From: Halarcobacter sp.
GTDB lineage: Bacteria > Campylobacterota > Campylobacteria > Campylobacterales > Arcobacteraceae
NCBI GenBank assembly: GCA_963676565.1
Contig: OY781089.1
Coordinates: forward strand, 2,400,001 to 2,464,000
Length of the DNA: 64,000 nt
Direction: 5' to 3'
Part shown: piece after piece, positions 33,471 to 42,970 of the stretch
Layout: every line of letters begins with the position of its first letter
Numbering within the stretch: position 1 is the first letter of the stretch
Notes under the pieces: generated by a model
Told to the model about the DNA's origin: nothing
Databases searched by the model: none
What the model saw: only the letters and a program-made list of their open reading frames with translations
Program-made: the position numbers and the translations under genes

Positions 33471-33836
33471 ATGAAAAAAATCTTATTTTCACTTGTTTTA
33501 GTAGGCTTTACTTCTTTATTTGCAGCAGATAGTAATTCTATCAAACACTTTGGATTTTCTGGAATTTTTGGATATGCAGGAGAAACTATAATTCATGATT
33601 ACGAATCATTAAGCCAAACAGAAAAAGTTTTATATGGAACAGCTATTGGATCAATTCCAGGTCTTACAAAAGAATTAACAGATAAAAAATTTGATAATGA
33701 AGATATGGCATTTAATGTTTTAGGTGCATTAACAGGAAGTTTATTAAGTAACTATTTGAACAATAATGTTTTTATTACGATGGAGCATAACTCAACAAAA
33801 AAAAGTAATAAACTTTTAGTTTCTATGAAATTCTAA
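33471..33836 (+). CDS. Hypothetical secreted/membrane protein (YfiM/VanZ-like)
   Basis: Signal-like N-terminus; KHF...GLTKE..D.....D...N..G pattern. Confidence 0.55.
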   Translation: MKKILFSLVLVGFTSLFAADSNSIKHFGFSGIFGYAGETIIHDYESLSQTEKVLYGTAIGSIPGLTKELTDKKFDNEDMAFNVLGALTGSLLSNYLNNNVFITMEHNSTKKSNKLLVSMKF

Positions 33837-33861
33837 TAAAAGAGGAAAACCTCTTTTATTA
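33834..33861. terminator. Bidirectional terminator
   Basis: TAATAAAAGAGG-AAAA-CCTCTTTTATTA between convergent genes. Confidence 0.72.
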
Positions 33862-33866
33862 TTGTC

Positions 33867-34442
33867 TTATTTTAGATTTTCAGCTACAAAATCCCAATTA
33901 ACTAAAGCCCAAAAGTTCTCTAAATAAACTGGTCTTGCATTTCTTGTATCAATATAGTATGCATGTTCCCAAACATCAACAGTTAAAACCGGAGTTAAAC
34001 CATCAGTAATTGGTGTTCCTGCATTTGATGTTGAAACAATTTTTAAAGCTCCACTTGAATCTTTAACTAACCAAGTCCATCCTGAACCAAAATTATTAAC
34101 AGCAGCATTTGTAAAATCTTCTTTAAATTTATCAACTGAACCAAAAGCTTCTGTTAAAGCACTTGCAACTTCATCGCTAATTTCAGATCCACCAGGAGTT
34201 AATCCATTCCAGAAAAAGTCATGGTTAAATACTTGAGCAGCATTATTAAAAATCCCACCTTCACTACTTTTGATAATCTCTTCTAATGTTTTATCAGCAA
34301 ACTGCGTACCTTCAATTAAACCATTTAATTTAGTTACATATGTTTGGTGGTGTTTTCCATAGTGAAATTCTAAAGTTTCTTTAGACATTTGTGGTTCAAG
34401 TGCATCTAATTCATATGGTAGTTTCATTAATTCGTGTTTCAT
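33867..34442 (-). CDS. sodB: Iron superoxide dismutase
   Basis: HYGKHHQTY, FNNAAQVFNH (Fe-type AAQ), FGSGW, DVWEHAYY. Confidence 0.96.
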   Translation of the reverse strand: MKHELMKLPYELDALEPQMSKETLEFHYGKHHQTYVTKLNGLIEGTQFADKTLEEIIKSSEGGIFNNAAQVFNHDFFWNGLTPGGSEISDEVASALTEAFGSVDKFKEDFTNAAVNNFGSGWTWLVKDSSGALKIVSTSNAGTPITDGLTPVLTVDVWEHAYYIDTRNARPVYLENFWALVNWDFVAENLK

Positions 34443-34560
34443 TTAAAATCCTTTTTATAAAATATTATTACTGTTATTTTACTACTATAACTTAAATTAA
34501 AATTAATAAATTTACAGTAAATTTTTTAATTAAGACAGGTTTTGTCCTATTTAATTATAA

Positions 34561-35142
34561 CTACCTTATTAAAAGGTTTTCTAAGTGATTTTCTTTAGCA
34601 AAGTTCAATGCGCTATTGCCAAACTTATCTTTTTCATTTATATTTGCATTGTTTTGTATTAAATAATTTATTAATTTTTTTTGCTTATAGAAAAGTGCAT
34701 AAAATATTGCATTAGCACCTAATTGGTCTTTTAGATTAATATCTACACCAAAAGCGATTAACTTTTTTATAAAAGTTAAGTTTCCTTTATAAACTGAATA
34801 AAATAGTGCATGAAGCTTTTTATTTAAATGTACCATTAAATCAATTTCTTTTTTTAACAAAGTTTCAAAAGCTAGTTTATTATCAACTTGAATTGCCCAG
34901 AAAAGTGCATTTCTTCCATCATTATCCCTTAAGTTTATATCTACACCTAGTTTGATAATATCTTCAAATCTCTGGTCATTTTTTTTTACAATTGATTCAA
35001 AAAAAGCAGACCATCCAAAACTATTTTGATAATTTATATCTGCTCCATTAAAAATTAATTGTTTAAAAGTTTTTTCATCTTCTATATTTGTTAAGAGCAA
35101 ATCAGAAAGTTCATTTTTATCAGTTAAATAATTATTACTCAT
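34561..35142 (-). CDS. Ankyrin-repeat protein
   Basis: Repeated GADIN..D..G..AL..A units. Confidence 0.88.
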   Translation of the reverse strand: MSNNYLTDKNELSDLLLTNIEDEKTFKQLIFNGADINYQNSFGWSAFFESIVKKNDQRFEDIIKLGVDINLRDNDGRNALFWAIQVDNKLAFETLLKKEIDLMVHLNKKLHALFYSVYKGNLTFIKKLIAFGVDINLKDQLGANAIFYALFYKQKKLINYLIQNNANINEKDKFGNSALNFAKENHLENLLIR

Positions 35143-35160
35143 TGTTTTTCCTTTTATAAA

Positions 35161-35175
35161 TGATAATATTTATCA
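35161..35175. promoter_or_regulatory. Fur/PerR-box-like 7-1-7 inverted repeat
   Basis: TGATAAT-A-TTTATCA, one mismatch from TGATAATnATTATCA, just upstream of the ankyrin gene RBS. Confidence 0.5.
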
Positions 35176-35235
35176 AGGAAAGTATATAAATTTATATTTA
35201 AAGGGTATTTAGAGTATCAGTTAGTTAGTGTTTTT

Positions 35236-35261
35236 AAGTAAAGAGAAAATTCTCTTTACTT
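35236..35261 (-). terminator. Stem-loop overlapping the stop of the 35256..35846 gene
   Basis: AAGTAAAGAGAA/TTCTCTTTACTT inverted repeat. Confidence 0.45.
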
Positions 35262-35846
35262 TTTAATCAATTCATAAAGTGGTTTAAGAGCTGTTTTAAT
35301 CTCTTCTTTTGTCATAGAACCATCTAAGGCTCCTTCTTTAACACTGCCTTCATAAATTTTTGTAATAGTTCCTTCTTTACTTAAAATAAATGCTGCATAT
35401 TTAGTTTTAGCATTATCAGTTACATAAAGTGCGTTTACCATATCTCCATCAAAATCATAAATCATAGGAATATTAGTTCCTTCATTTAGATCTTCAAGTT
35501 TTCCTGGAATAAACATCTTTTTAACAAACCAAGGTGCACTTGAAATGTTTGCAACCATTACATATGGTAAATCAATACTAAACATAGTTGGTAACTCTTT
35601 AACAACGGCTAAAGAATCATGATTTCCAACAACAATTAGAGTGTCTTGATCTTTTTTAAAAAGAGTTTCTCTTTTTACTTTGTCATCTTTTCCTACAAGT
35701 TCATATTCACTTGGAATAGAATCATATTTCGTAATTTTAACAACATTATCATTTGCCAACATTTGTTTTGGTTTTTCTGCCGTTAAAAAAACTAATAAAG
35801 CAAAACCTGCAACACCTAAAAAAACAACTTTTAAAAGATTCCCCAT
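35256..35846 (-). CDS. Hypothetical membrane-anchored periplasmic protein
   Basis: N-terminal TM segment; no family confidently recognised. Confidence 0.65.
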   Translation of the reverse strand: MGNLLKVVFLGVAGFALLVFLTAEKPKQMLANDNVVKITKYDSIPSEYELVGKDDKVKRETLFKKDQDTLIVVGNHDSLAVVKELPTMFSIDLPYVMVANISSAPWFVKKMFIPGKLEDLNEGTNIPMIYDFDGDMVNALYVTDNAKTKYAAFILSKEGTITKIYEGSVKEGALDGSMTKEEIKTALKPLYELIKK

Positions 35847-35907
35847 TTTTGTCCTTCTTTTTTTGAATTTTGAACTAAGATTGTATCAACAATATATTAA
35901 TTATTTA

Positions 35908-37074
35908 TTAATGATTTCTTTTAACCCAACGTTTAAATAATCTATGAGTTAAAACTTCCTCTTGAATATCTTTTTGGTTTATAATATTCTCTACTAAAAG
36001 ATTTGCTAAATATGGAGATAAAACAAAGCCCCTACCCCCAACACCATTTATCACATACAAATCATCTTTTGTAATTAACATATTATTTTTAACATGTGAA
36101 CCATTTTTTAAATGGGGATACTTTTCTATAGTTTTTTCTGAATCTATTATTTTACCTAGCATTGGAAAATAATCAACACTAGATGCCCTTGCCCCAACTT
36201 TTAAACTTCGAACTTCAATATCTTCAAGTTTTAATATATCATTTGCTTTTTCTAATAACTCTTTTGTATCATTCTCACATCTTTCAAGACTATAATTGTG
36301 GGACGTTAATTTATTTATATTAACTCCCTTAATACAAAGGTTACAATCTTTCACACTACACTCAAGTCTATGGTGGGTAGCTCCAATTGAAACAATGTTT
36401 TTCTTTTTTTCTTCATCATATTTAGAAAAAGAGATAGAACAGGCTTTATGGTAGTTTTTTAAAACTTCTGTAGAGGTAAATACATCTATTTTTTGTCCCC
36501 AAACTGCTCTTATATTAAAATATTCTTCTTCGATTAATTCAATATCAGCACCAGTAGTTAAAATAACTCTCTTAGCTTTTAAGTTTCCATTAATAAGCCA
36601 AAAATCTTCATCTTTTTTTAATTTATAAACTTCAAAATCTAAAAGTTTTTCAACATCTTTAGCTAAAAGTTCACAAATTTTTTGAGAATTTACATGGGAA
36701 CCTATATCAAAGAAATAACCATCCCCCTCTTCTTTAAAAGGAAAATCCATATAAGGGATATAACTTTCAAATTTTTGCCTATCTTCTTCATTTTTAGGAA
36801 TTCTAACAACTCCACAATTGTTTATTTCTTCAGGGAAGTTTTCTTTGTAAAAAGAAACAGAAAATTTTAAAGCATTTGTTACTAAATCTTTAAATTTGTT
36901 AGGTTTTCCAAGAAGTGGAGACAAAAAAGCTCCAGCTGCACCACTTGCACCAAAACCAACTTCTGGATTTTTATCTATAAGCAAAATAGAATCTGAATAT
37001 TTAGATAAAAAATGAGCAGTACTACATCCTGCAATACCAGCTCCAATAATAATATAATCGTACACTTTAGACAT
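35908..37074 (-). CDS. FAD-dependent oxidoreductase (DAO family, MnmC C-terminal-like)
   Basis: IIGAGIAG, GASGAAGAFLSP, GATH, GARASSVDYFP.LG, GVGGRGF. Confidence 0.8.
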   Translation of the reverse strand: MSKVYDYIIIGAGIAGCSTAHFLSKYSDSILLIDKNPEVGFGASGAAGAFLSPLLGKPNKFKDLVTNALKFSVSFYKENFPEEINNCGVVRIPKNEEDRQKFESYIPYMDFPFKEEGDGYFFDIGSHVNSQKICELLAKDVEKLLDFEVYKLKKDEDFWLINGNLKAKRVILTTGADIELIEEEYFNIRAVWGQKIDVFTSTEVLKNYHKACSISFSKYDEEKKKNIVSIGATHHRLECSVKDCNLCIKGVNINKLTSHNYSLERCENDTKELLEKANDILKLEDIEVRSLKVGARASSVDYFPMLGKIIDSEKTIEKYPHLKNGSHVKNNMLITKDDLYVINGVGGRGFVLSPYLANLLVENIINQKDIQEEVLTHRLFKRWVKRNH

Positions 37075-37402
37075 TTTTATGAATCTCTTCTAATATTTGA
37101 AAGTTTGGTCGCCAGTAACCTCTACCACCCCTTAAACTAAAACATTTATGATTTGGAAGTTTTTTTCTATAAAAATTCAATCTTTCTTTTGTAGTTTTTC
37201 CAGTATCACAATAAAAAACAAAAATAGTTTTTTCGTCCATTAAGGCCATTTCATATGGGTTATAGGTTATTGTTTCTATATTATTTGATATAGGTTTTAA
37301 TATAGTATCTACAAGAACTATCTTATAGCCTTCTTTTTCTAATTCAATAGCATTTTTAAGTAACTCTTCTTGAGTCCATTCATCTTTAGTAAACATAATC
37401 AT
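37067..37402 (-). CDS. Small rhodanese-like protein
   Basis: IFVFYCDTG...CFSLRGG..YW resembles the rhodanese active-site loop and C-terminus. Confidence 0.55.
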   Translation of the reverse strand: MIMFTKDEWTQEELLKNAIELEKEGYKIVLVDTILKPISNNIETITYNPYEMALMDEKTIFVFYCDTGKTTKERLNFYRKKLPNHKCFSLRGGRGYWRPNFQILEEIHKNV

Positions 37403-37447
37403 ATAATTACTAAAAAGGGTTTAAAAAGGGTTAAAGTGTAATTTTTA

Positions 37448-37523
37448 CTTTAGCTATCAACACTCAACTATGCTAATATAAATTTTTAACTTGATTGACA
37501 ATGACTCAAGTTTATGATATAAT
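37448..37523 (+). promoter_or_regulatory. Sigma70 promoter of cbpA-hspR with two HAIR (HspR) operators
   Basis: CTTGATT-N7-ACTCAAG (37490-37510) and CTTTAGC-N7-ACTCAAC (37448-37468) versus consensus CTTGAGT-N7-ACTCAAG; TTGACA (37495-37500), 17 bp, TGnTATAAT (37518-37523). Confidence 0.85.
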
Positions 37524-37579
37524 ATTAATTAAAAATAGATAATACAAAATTTATAAATAGTTTAGAAGGATAAATTATT

Positions 37580-38467
37580 ATGGCAAAAAGTTTATACGAA
37601 ACATTAGAAATAAATGATACTGCATCTGCAGATGAAATAAAAAAAGCATATAGAAAATTAGCAAGAAAATACCATCCAGATGTAAATAAAGATAAAGATG
37701 CAGAGGAAAAATTTAAAGAGATAAATGCTGCATATGAGGTTTTAAGTGACCCAGAAAAAAAACAACAATATGACCAATTTGGTGACTCAATGTTTGGTGG
37801 ACAAAACTTCCATGATTTTGCAAGAGGTCAAGGACAAAATGTTGATTTAGATGAGATTTTAAGACAAATGTTTGGTGGAGGTTCAGGGTTTGGTTCATCA
37901 GGATTTTCACAAGGTGGTTTTAGTGGATTTGGAGGTTTTGGAAATTCAGGTTTTGCAGAACCAAACTTAGATACACAAGCACAAATTACAATCCCATTTG
38001 ATGTGGCAATTCTAGGGGGGAAACAACATATTTCATTAAATAATGACTCCTTTGATATTAAGATACCTGAGGGGATTAATAATGGACAAAAAATAAGAGC
38101 AAAAGGAAAAGGAAAATCATATAATGGACAAAGGGGTGATTTAATCATAAAGATAAATGTTGCTTCAAGTCCAGATTATGAAAGAGATGGAAGTACCTTA
38201 ACTAAATCTTTTGATGTACCATTAAAAACAGCATTATTTGGTGGAAAAGTTTTAATAAAAACTATCCATAAAGATATTACACTAAAAGTTCCACAAAACA
38301 CTAAACAAAACCAAAAGTTTAGAGTAAAAGAACTTGGAGTATTAGATAGAGTTGCTGGTTCAAAAGGTGACCTATATCTAAAAGCAAATATTGTTTTACC
38401 TAAACTTGAAGATTTAGATGAAGAGTTGGTAAAATCATTGGAAGAAAAATTACCAGAAACAGTTTAA
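37580..38467 (+). CDS. cbpA: DnaJ-class co-chaperone CbpA (no zinc finger)
   Basis: J-domain with HPD, G/F-rich region, DnaJ C-terminal domain; upstream of hspR. Confidence 0.9.
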   Translation: MAKSLYETLEINDTASADEIKKAYRKLARKYHPDVNKDKDAEEKFKEINAAYEVLSDPEKKQQYDQFGDSMFGGQNFHDFARGQGQNVDLDEILRQMFGGGSGFGSSGFSQGGFSGFGGFGNSGFAEPNLDTQAQITIPFDVAILGGKQHISLNNDSFDIKIPEGINNGQKIRAKGKGKSYNGQRGDLIIKINVASSPDYERDGSTLTKSFDVPLKTALFGGKVLIKTIHKDITLKVPQNTKQNQKFRVKELGVLDRVAGSKGDLYLKANIVLPKLEDLDEELVKSLEEKLPETV

Positions 38468-38480
38468 AGGAATATATATC

Positions 38481-38861
38481 ATGGCTAACAATGCTTATAA
38501 TGAACCAGTATATTTAATCTCTGCTGTGGCTGAAATTTTGAGTATTCATCCACAAACTTTAAGGCAATACGAAAGGGAGGGTTTAATTAAACCCTCTAGA
38601 ACAAATGGTAAGATTAGGTTATATTCCCAAAAAGATATTGATCATATTAAATATGTATTAACTCTAACAAGGGAATTAGGAATCAATCTTGCAGGAGTTG
38701 ATTTAATACTTCAATTAAATCAAAAAATAGAATCTTTAGAAGTAGAGGTTCAAAATTATAAAAGTAAATTAAAAGATGTAAATAAGTTTGGTATTGTACC
38801 AAACTCAAAAGCTTTAGTTATTAAAAAAAGTTCTTATGATGTTGTAATTTTTGAAGAATAA
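38481..38861 (+). CDS. hspR: Heat-shock repressor HspR (MerR family)
   Basis: EPVYLISAVAEILSIHPQTLRQYEREGLIKPSRT.G..RLYS, LTRELGINLAGV. Confidence 0.95.
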   Translation: MANNAYNEPVYLISAVAEILSIHPQTLRQYEREGLIKPSRTNGKIRLYSQKDIDHIKYVLTLTRELGINLAGVDLILQLNQKIESLEVEVQNYKSKLKDVNKFGIVPNSKALVIKKSSYDVVIFEE

Positions 38862-38874
38862 AGAGTAAAATTAA

Positions 38875-40020
38875 TTACTCTTTATTTATTTGAAATTGTA
38901 CTTTATAATCTCTCATTAATGGTGGAATATCTAAATAGTTTTCATCATTACTATTTGTTTGTTTTGAAGAATTTTCACCATCATTTACATTTGTTTCATA
39001 AGGTTCATCATTTTTAGATTCAAAACCAGTTGCAACAATAGTGATTTTAACTTCATCTGGCTCTAATGTATTATCAGAAGTTGTACCAAAAATAATCTCT
39101 GCATTTGAATCAATTGTTTCATGAATCCTTGACATTACATCATTAATTGCAAATAAAGATACCTGTGGATGTGTATTAAAATGTATTAAAATACCTTTTG
39201 CACCACCAAGTGAAACTTTATCTAAAAGTGGTGAATCAATTGCATCTTCTAAAGCTCTTTGAGCAGCTTGATCACCTTTAGCTTTTCCTATACCCATTAA
39301 TGCCATACCCTTATGTTGCATAATTGTTTGAACATCAGCAAAGTCGGTATTAATATCTGAATTTCCTGGGTTTAAGATAACCTCAGTCATACCATTAACA
39401 GCTTGGTATAAAATATTATCAATAATTTTAAAGGCATCTTTCATACCAACATTTTCATCAATAATCTCTAAAAGTCTGTCATTTGGTACAACAATAATAG
39501 AATCAGATACTTTTTTAATCTCTTCTAATCCAAGATTTGCAAGCCCTGCTCTTTTTTTACCTTCCCAAGTAAATGGTTTAGTTACAACAGAAACAGTAAG
39601 TGCCCCAATATCTTTCGCTGCTTTTGCAATAATAGCTGCGGCACCTGTACCAGTTCCACCACCAAGACCAGCAGCAATAAATACAATATCAGCACCATTT
39701 AAAGACTCTTTTATATCTTCGTAACTTTCAACTGCAGAATCTCGCCCAACCTCTGGCTTCATTCCAGCACCAAGACCTTTTGTAAGCTTTAATCCCAATT
39801 GAATCTTTTTAGGAGCTTTTGATATTCTAAGAACTTGCAAGTCAGTATTAGCTGCAATTAAATCAATCTTATGAGTTCCTTCGTTAATCATGTGGTTGAT
39901 CATATTACAACCACCTCCACCAACTCCAATTACAGAGATTTTTGCTATATTTTCAGATAAGGTTTTGTTAGGCATTTCCACTTTGATATCATCCACTCCA
40001 AATAAATTTTTATTATCCAT
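38875..40020 (-). CDS. ftsZ: Cell division protein FtsZ
   Basis: GVGGGGCN, GLGAG, GLGGGTGTG, NTDFADV; start placed at ATG 40020 (MDNKNLF). Confidence 0.98.
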   Translation of the reverse strand: MDNKNLFGVDDIKVEMPNKTLSENIAKISVIGVGGGGCNMINHMINEGTHKIDLIAANTDLQVLRISKAPKKIQLGLKLTKGLGAGMKPEVGRDSAVESYEDIKESLNGADIVFIAAGLGGGTGTGAAAIIAKAAKDIGALTVSVVTKPFTWEGKKRAGLANLGLEEIKKVSDSIIVVPNDRLLEIIDENVGMKDAFKIIDNILYQAVNGMTEVILNPGNSDINTDFADVQTIMQHKGMALMGIGKAKGDQAAQRALEDAIDSPLLDKVSLGGAKGILIHFNTHPQVSLFAINDVMSRIHETIDSNAEIIFGTTSDNTLEPDEVKITIVATGFESKNDEPYETNVNDGENSSKQTNSNDENYLDIPPLMRDYKVQFQINKE

Positions 40021-41420
40021 TAGAACCACTCCGTAATAGCATTCCAAATTTTGTTAACACCCTTACTCTTATCTTTTTTGTTAAGAGTAGGTAGTCTTCC
40101 AGAATCATCTAATTTTGGGTCCTCTTTTTTAATATTCTTTTTTGCTACTTCTGGCTTAATAGGCGCATTTAAATCTAAACCACTCAAATCTTGACTCTCT
40201 ATTTTTACTGATGATAAATCATCAATCTTTCTTTTTTTAATTAATGCTTTATTTGAATCCAATTCAAAATTTCTATTTGGGTCAAGAGAATATAAAAGTA
40301 ATCCAACTATTGTTGACATTTTTTGATCTTCAAAACTCATATATCCATTTTTGATATTAACTGGATTTGAAACTTTTACTGGTAAATTGTCAAAAATTAA
40401 TGTTGCTAATTCTTGGATACCTTCTAGTTTACTCATTCCACCAGTAATAACAAGTCCTGTTCCTAAAGTTTCGTAAATACCACTTTTTTTAAGATCACTT
40501 TTAATTAAAGTTAAAATCTCTTCAACTCTAGCATGTATAATCGTTTGAACATGTTCTAAAGAGACTTCTGAAGAGATTTTTTCATCACCAATTCTTGGCG
40601 TTCTTATTTTTTTATTTTGAATCTCTTCTAAACTTCTTAATAGATTTCCATATTCAGTTTTTATCTTTTCAGCTGCTACAGGTGGGGTATGAAGCATTAC
40701 AGAAAGGTCATTGGTAATATGATTTGAACCAACAGGTAAAAATCCATTATAGATTAAAGATGAGCCTTTATAACAAACATATTGAGTTGTTGTTGCTCCA
40801 ATATTAATAACCGTTGCTCCAAAGTTTCTTTGTTGATCATCTAGAACAGAAATAGCTGAGGCATATGGGTCTAGAACAAAATTAGTAACTGAAAGGTTTG
40901 CCATTTTCATAGCTGATTTGATATTTGTTAAAGCTGTTTTTTTAGCTGTTACAACAAATACTGAAACTTCAAGTCTTGAACCATTCATATTTAAAGGGTT
41001 CTCAACATCAGCTGAATCATCTATTTTAAAGAAGATTGGTATAACATGAATTACATCATATTCTGGGATAATTGTAGCATTGTATAATGCCATTTGTAAG
41101 ACTTGGTTTATCTCGTTTTCAGTGATAAGTCCATTTGGAATATTTACACTTCCTGAACTTCTAATACATTTCGTGTATGCACCTGATATTGAGACAACAG
41201 TAGACTCAATTGGTTCTGTAGTATTTTTTTGTGCTATTGAAACAGCTTCTCTTATAGAGTTAGAGGCATCTTCAATATTTGAGATTACCCCTTTATTAAT
41301 TCCATCACTCTTAGAAGATCCTGTTCCTAAAATATTTATTTTATAATCTAAATTATTCTTTGCAATAACAGCAGTTATATAAGAAGACCCTATATCTATT
41401 GCTAAGAGAGTTTTATTCAA
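40020..41420 (-). CDS. ftsA: Cell division protein FtsA
   Basis: AIDIGSS, VINIGATTT, GSNHITNDL, AEKIKTEYG, VITGG. Confidence 0.96.
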   Translation of the reverse strand: MNKTLLAIDIGSSYITAVIAKNNLDYKINILGTGSSKSDGINKGVISNIEDASNSIREAVSIAQKNTTEPIESTVVSISGAYTKCIRSSGSVNIPNGLITENEINQVLQMALYNATIIPEYDVIHVIPIFFKIDDSADVENPLNMNGSRLEVSVFVVTAKKTALTNIKSAMKMANLSVTNFVLDPYASAISVLDDQQRNFGATVINIGATTTQYVCYKGSSLIYNGFLPVGSNHITNDLSVMLHTPPVAAEKIKTEYGNLLRSLEEIQNKKIRTPRIGDEKISSEVSLEHVQTIIHARVEEILTLIKSDLKKSGIYETLGTGLVITGGMSKLEGIQELATLIFDNLPVKVSNPVNIKNGYMSFEDQKMSTIVGLLLYSLDPNRNFELDSNKALIKKRKIDDLSSVKIESQDLSGLDLNAPIKPEVAKKNIKKEDPKLDDSGRLPTLNKKDKSKGVNKIWNAITEWF

Positions 41421-41422
41421 AA

Positions 41423-42886
41423 TTACTCCTCGAATGTTACAGAAGATTGTACTTCATATCTATTTTTTAAATTTTTAACTAAACTATTCATTAGTTCTTG
41501 GTTATAAAGATTGTTCATTGTAGTCTTAACAGCTTCATCTTTTGAAGCATCATAAGAAGCTAGTTTCGAACTGTTAATTTTATAAACTACAACTTTTTCA
41601 CCAAGTGAAATTGTACCTTGCTTCTGCGTAGTTGAAAATAATTGGTTTAAAAAAGTTAAAGCTTCATCTCTTGCAAGACCATCAATTTTATTAACTGAAT
41701 CCCTTGAAACTAAACCAATATCTTTACCATCAAAATTTTCTAAAGATTTTTTCGCAAGTTCTTCAAGCGCTTTTGCTCTTTGAACAGCTTCAAAATCAAC
41801 AACAACTTTAGCTCTTGCATCTTCAAAAGATAAAGTTTTAGGTGGGATTCTATTTGTGATTTTTACAATGATGTATTTTTCATCAACCAAGAAAGGTTTT
41901 AATAAATCTCCTGGTACAGCATCTAGAATCTCTTTATTATTTTCTTTCCCAAAATTTAAAGCTATTTCGTTAACTGTGTTTTTAGATGTTAAATTAACTT
42001 CACCTTTTTTAATTGCTAAGTATTTTTTTAAAGCTTCTTTTTTTGTTTCTTTCAAATCTAAAGCTTTTACAATATCATTTTTTGCTTCATCTAATGATTT
42101 AATTTTTCCATCTTCTTTTTTCAAATCAATTTTATTCATATTGTAGTATTCAGTAATCTCTTGCTCAGAATAAGAACCAGGGATTAAAGAAACTTCATCA
42201 TAGTCATAAGAGATAGCACTTTGTGATTTATAATTGTCTTTATTTTCTTCCCAATATTTTTTTAATTCATCTTCATTGATTGTTACATTTACATCATTTG
42301 AACTTAAGATTTTAATTGAGATATCATCTTGAGAAAAAAGTAGTTTATTTAAGTTTTCTAATTCTGCTTTATTTGCTTTAACACTAAAGATTTTTTCAAC
42401 TTTTTGTAAAAGTAAATCTCTTTTTACATTTGCTTCAAACTCAGTTGGATTTGTTCTATTTTGATTTAAAACACTAATGTAAACATCTTTATCAAATTTA
42501 CCATCTTTAATAAATGCTGGTATTTTAACTAATTCCTTTGCAACTTCTTCATCCGTTACGTCTAATCCAATCTCATCAGCAAATGAAAGAATAAGATTTT
42601 TTTGAATCACCATATCATAAGCTGCTTGTTTTAATTTTAATTGATCAGCCATCTCTTGGTTAAACTGTTGTCCAAAAACTCTTGCATATTGATCATAAAG
42701 TGATGAATATTCCCTTTGGTATTCACTTACTGTTACTTCTCTATCACCTACAACTGCAACTGACCCACTCTTTGAACCATAGTCATAAGAACCCCATCCT
42801 ACAAAACCGGCTCCAACAAAAGCAATAGTACTTATCCAAATTGTTATCACAAGCCATTTTTTGTGTCTCTGCATCCAAGAAATCAT
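41423..42886 (-). CDS. PpiD-like periplasmic chaperone (SurA N-terminal domain)
   Basis: MISWMQRHKKWLVITIWISTIAFVGAGFVGWG anchor, F..DGKFD...Y; upstream of ftsA. Confidence 0.85.
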   Translation of the reverse strand: MISWMQRHKKWLVITIWISTIAFVGAGFVGWGSYDYGSKSGSVAVVGDREVTVSEYQREYSSLYDQYARVFGQQFNQEMADQLKLKQAAYDMVIQKNLILSFADEIGLDVTDEEVAKELVKIPAFIKDGKFDKDVYISVLNQNRTNPTEFEANVKRDLLLQKVEKIFSVKANKAELENLNKLLFSQDDISIKILSSNDVNVTINEDELKKYWEENKDNYKSQSAISYDYDEVSLIPGSYSEQEITEYYNMNKIDLKKEDGKIKSLDEAKNDIVKALDLKETKKEALKKYLAIKKGEVNLTSKNTVNEIALNFGKENNKEILDAVPGDLLKPFLVDEKYIIVKITNRIPPKTLSFEDARAKVVVDFEAVQRAKALEELAKKSLENFDGKDIGLVSRDSVNKIDGLARDEALTFLNQLFSTTQKQGTISLGEKVVVYKINSSKLASYDASKDEAVKTTMNNLYNQELMNSLVKNLKNRYEVQSSVTFEE

Positions 42887-42970
42887 AAAATATTATCCTC
42901 TTAAAAATTTTGGATATGATACTCAAAGAATGCTTTTAAATAGGTAAATTAATTATTCTTATGTTTAATT

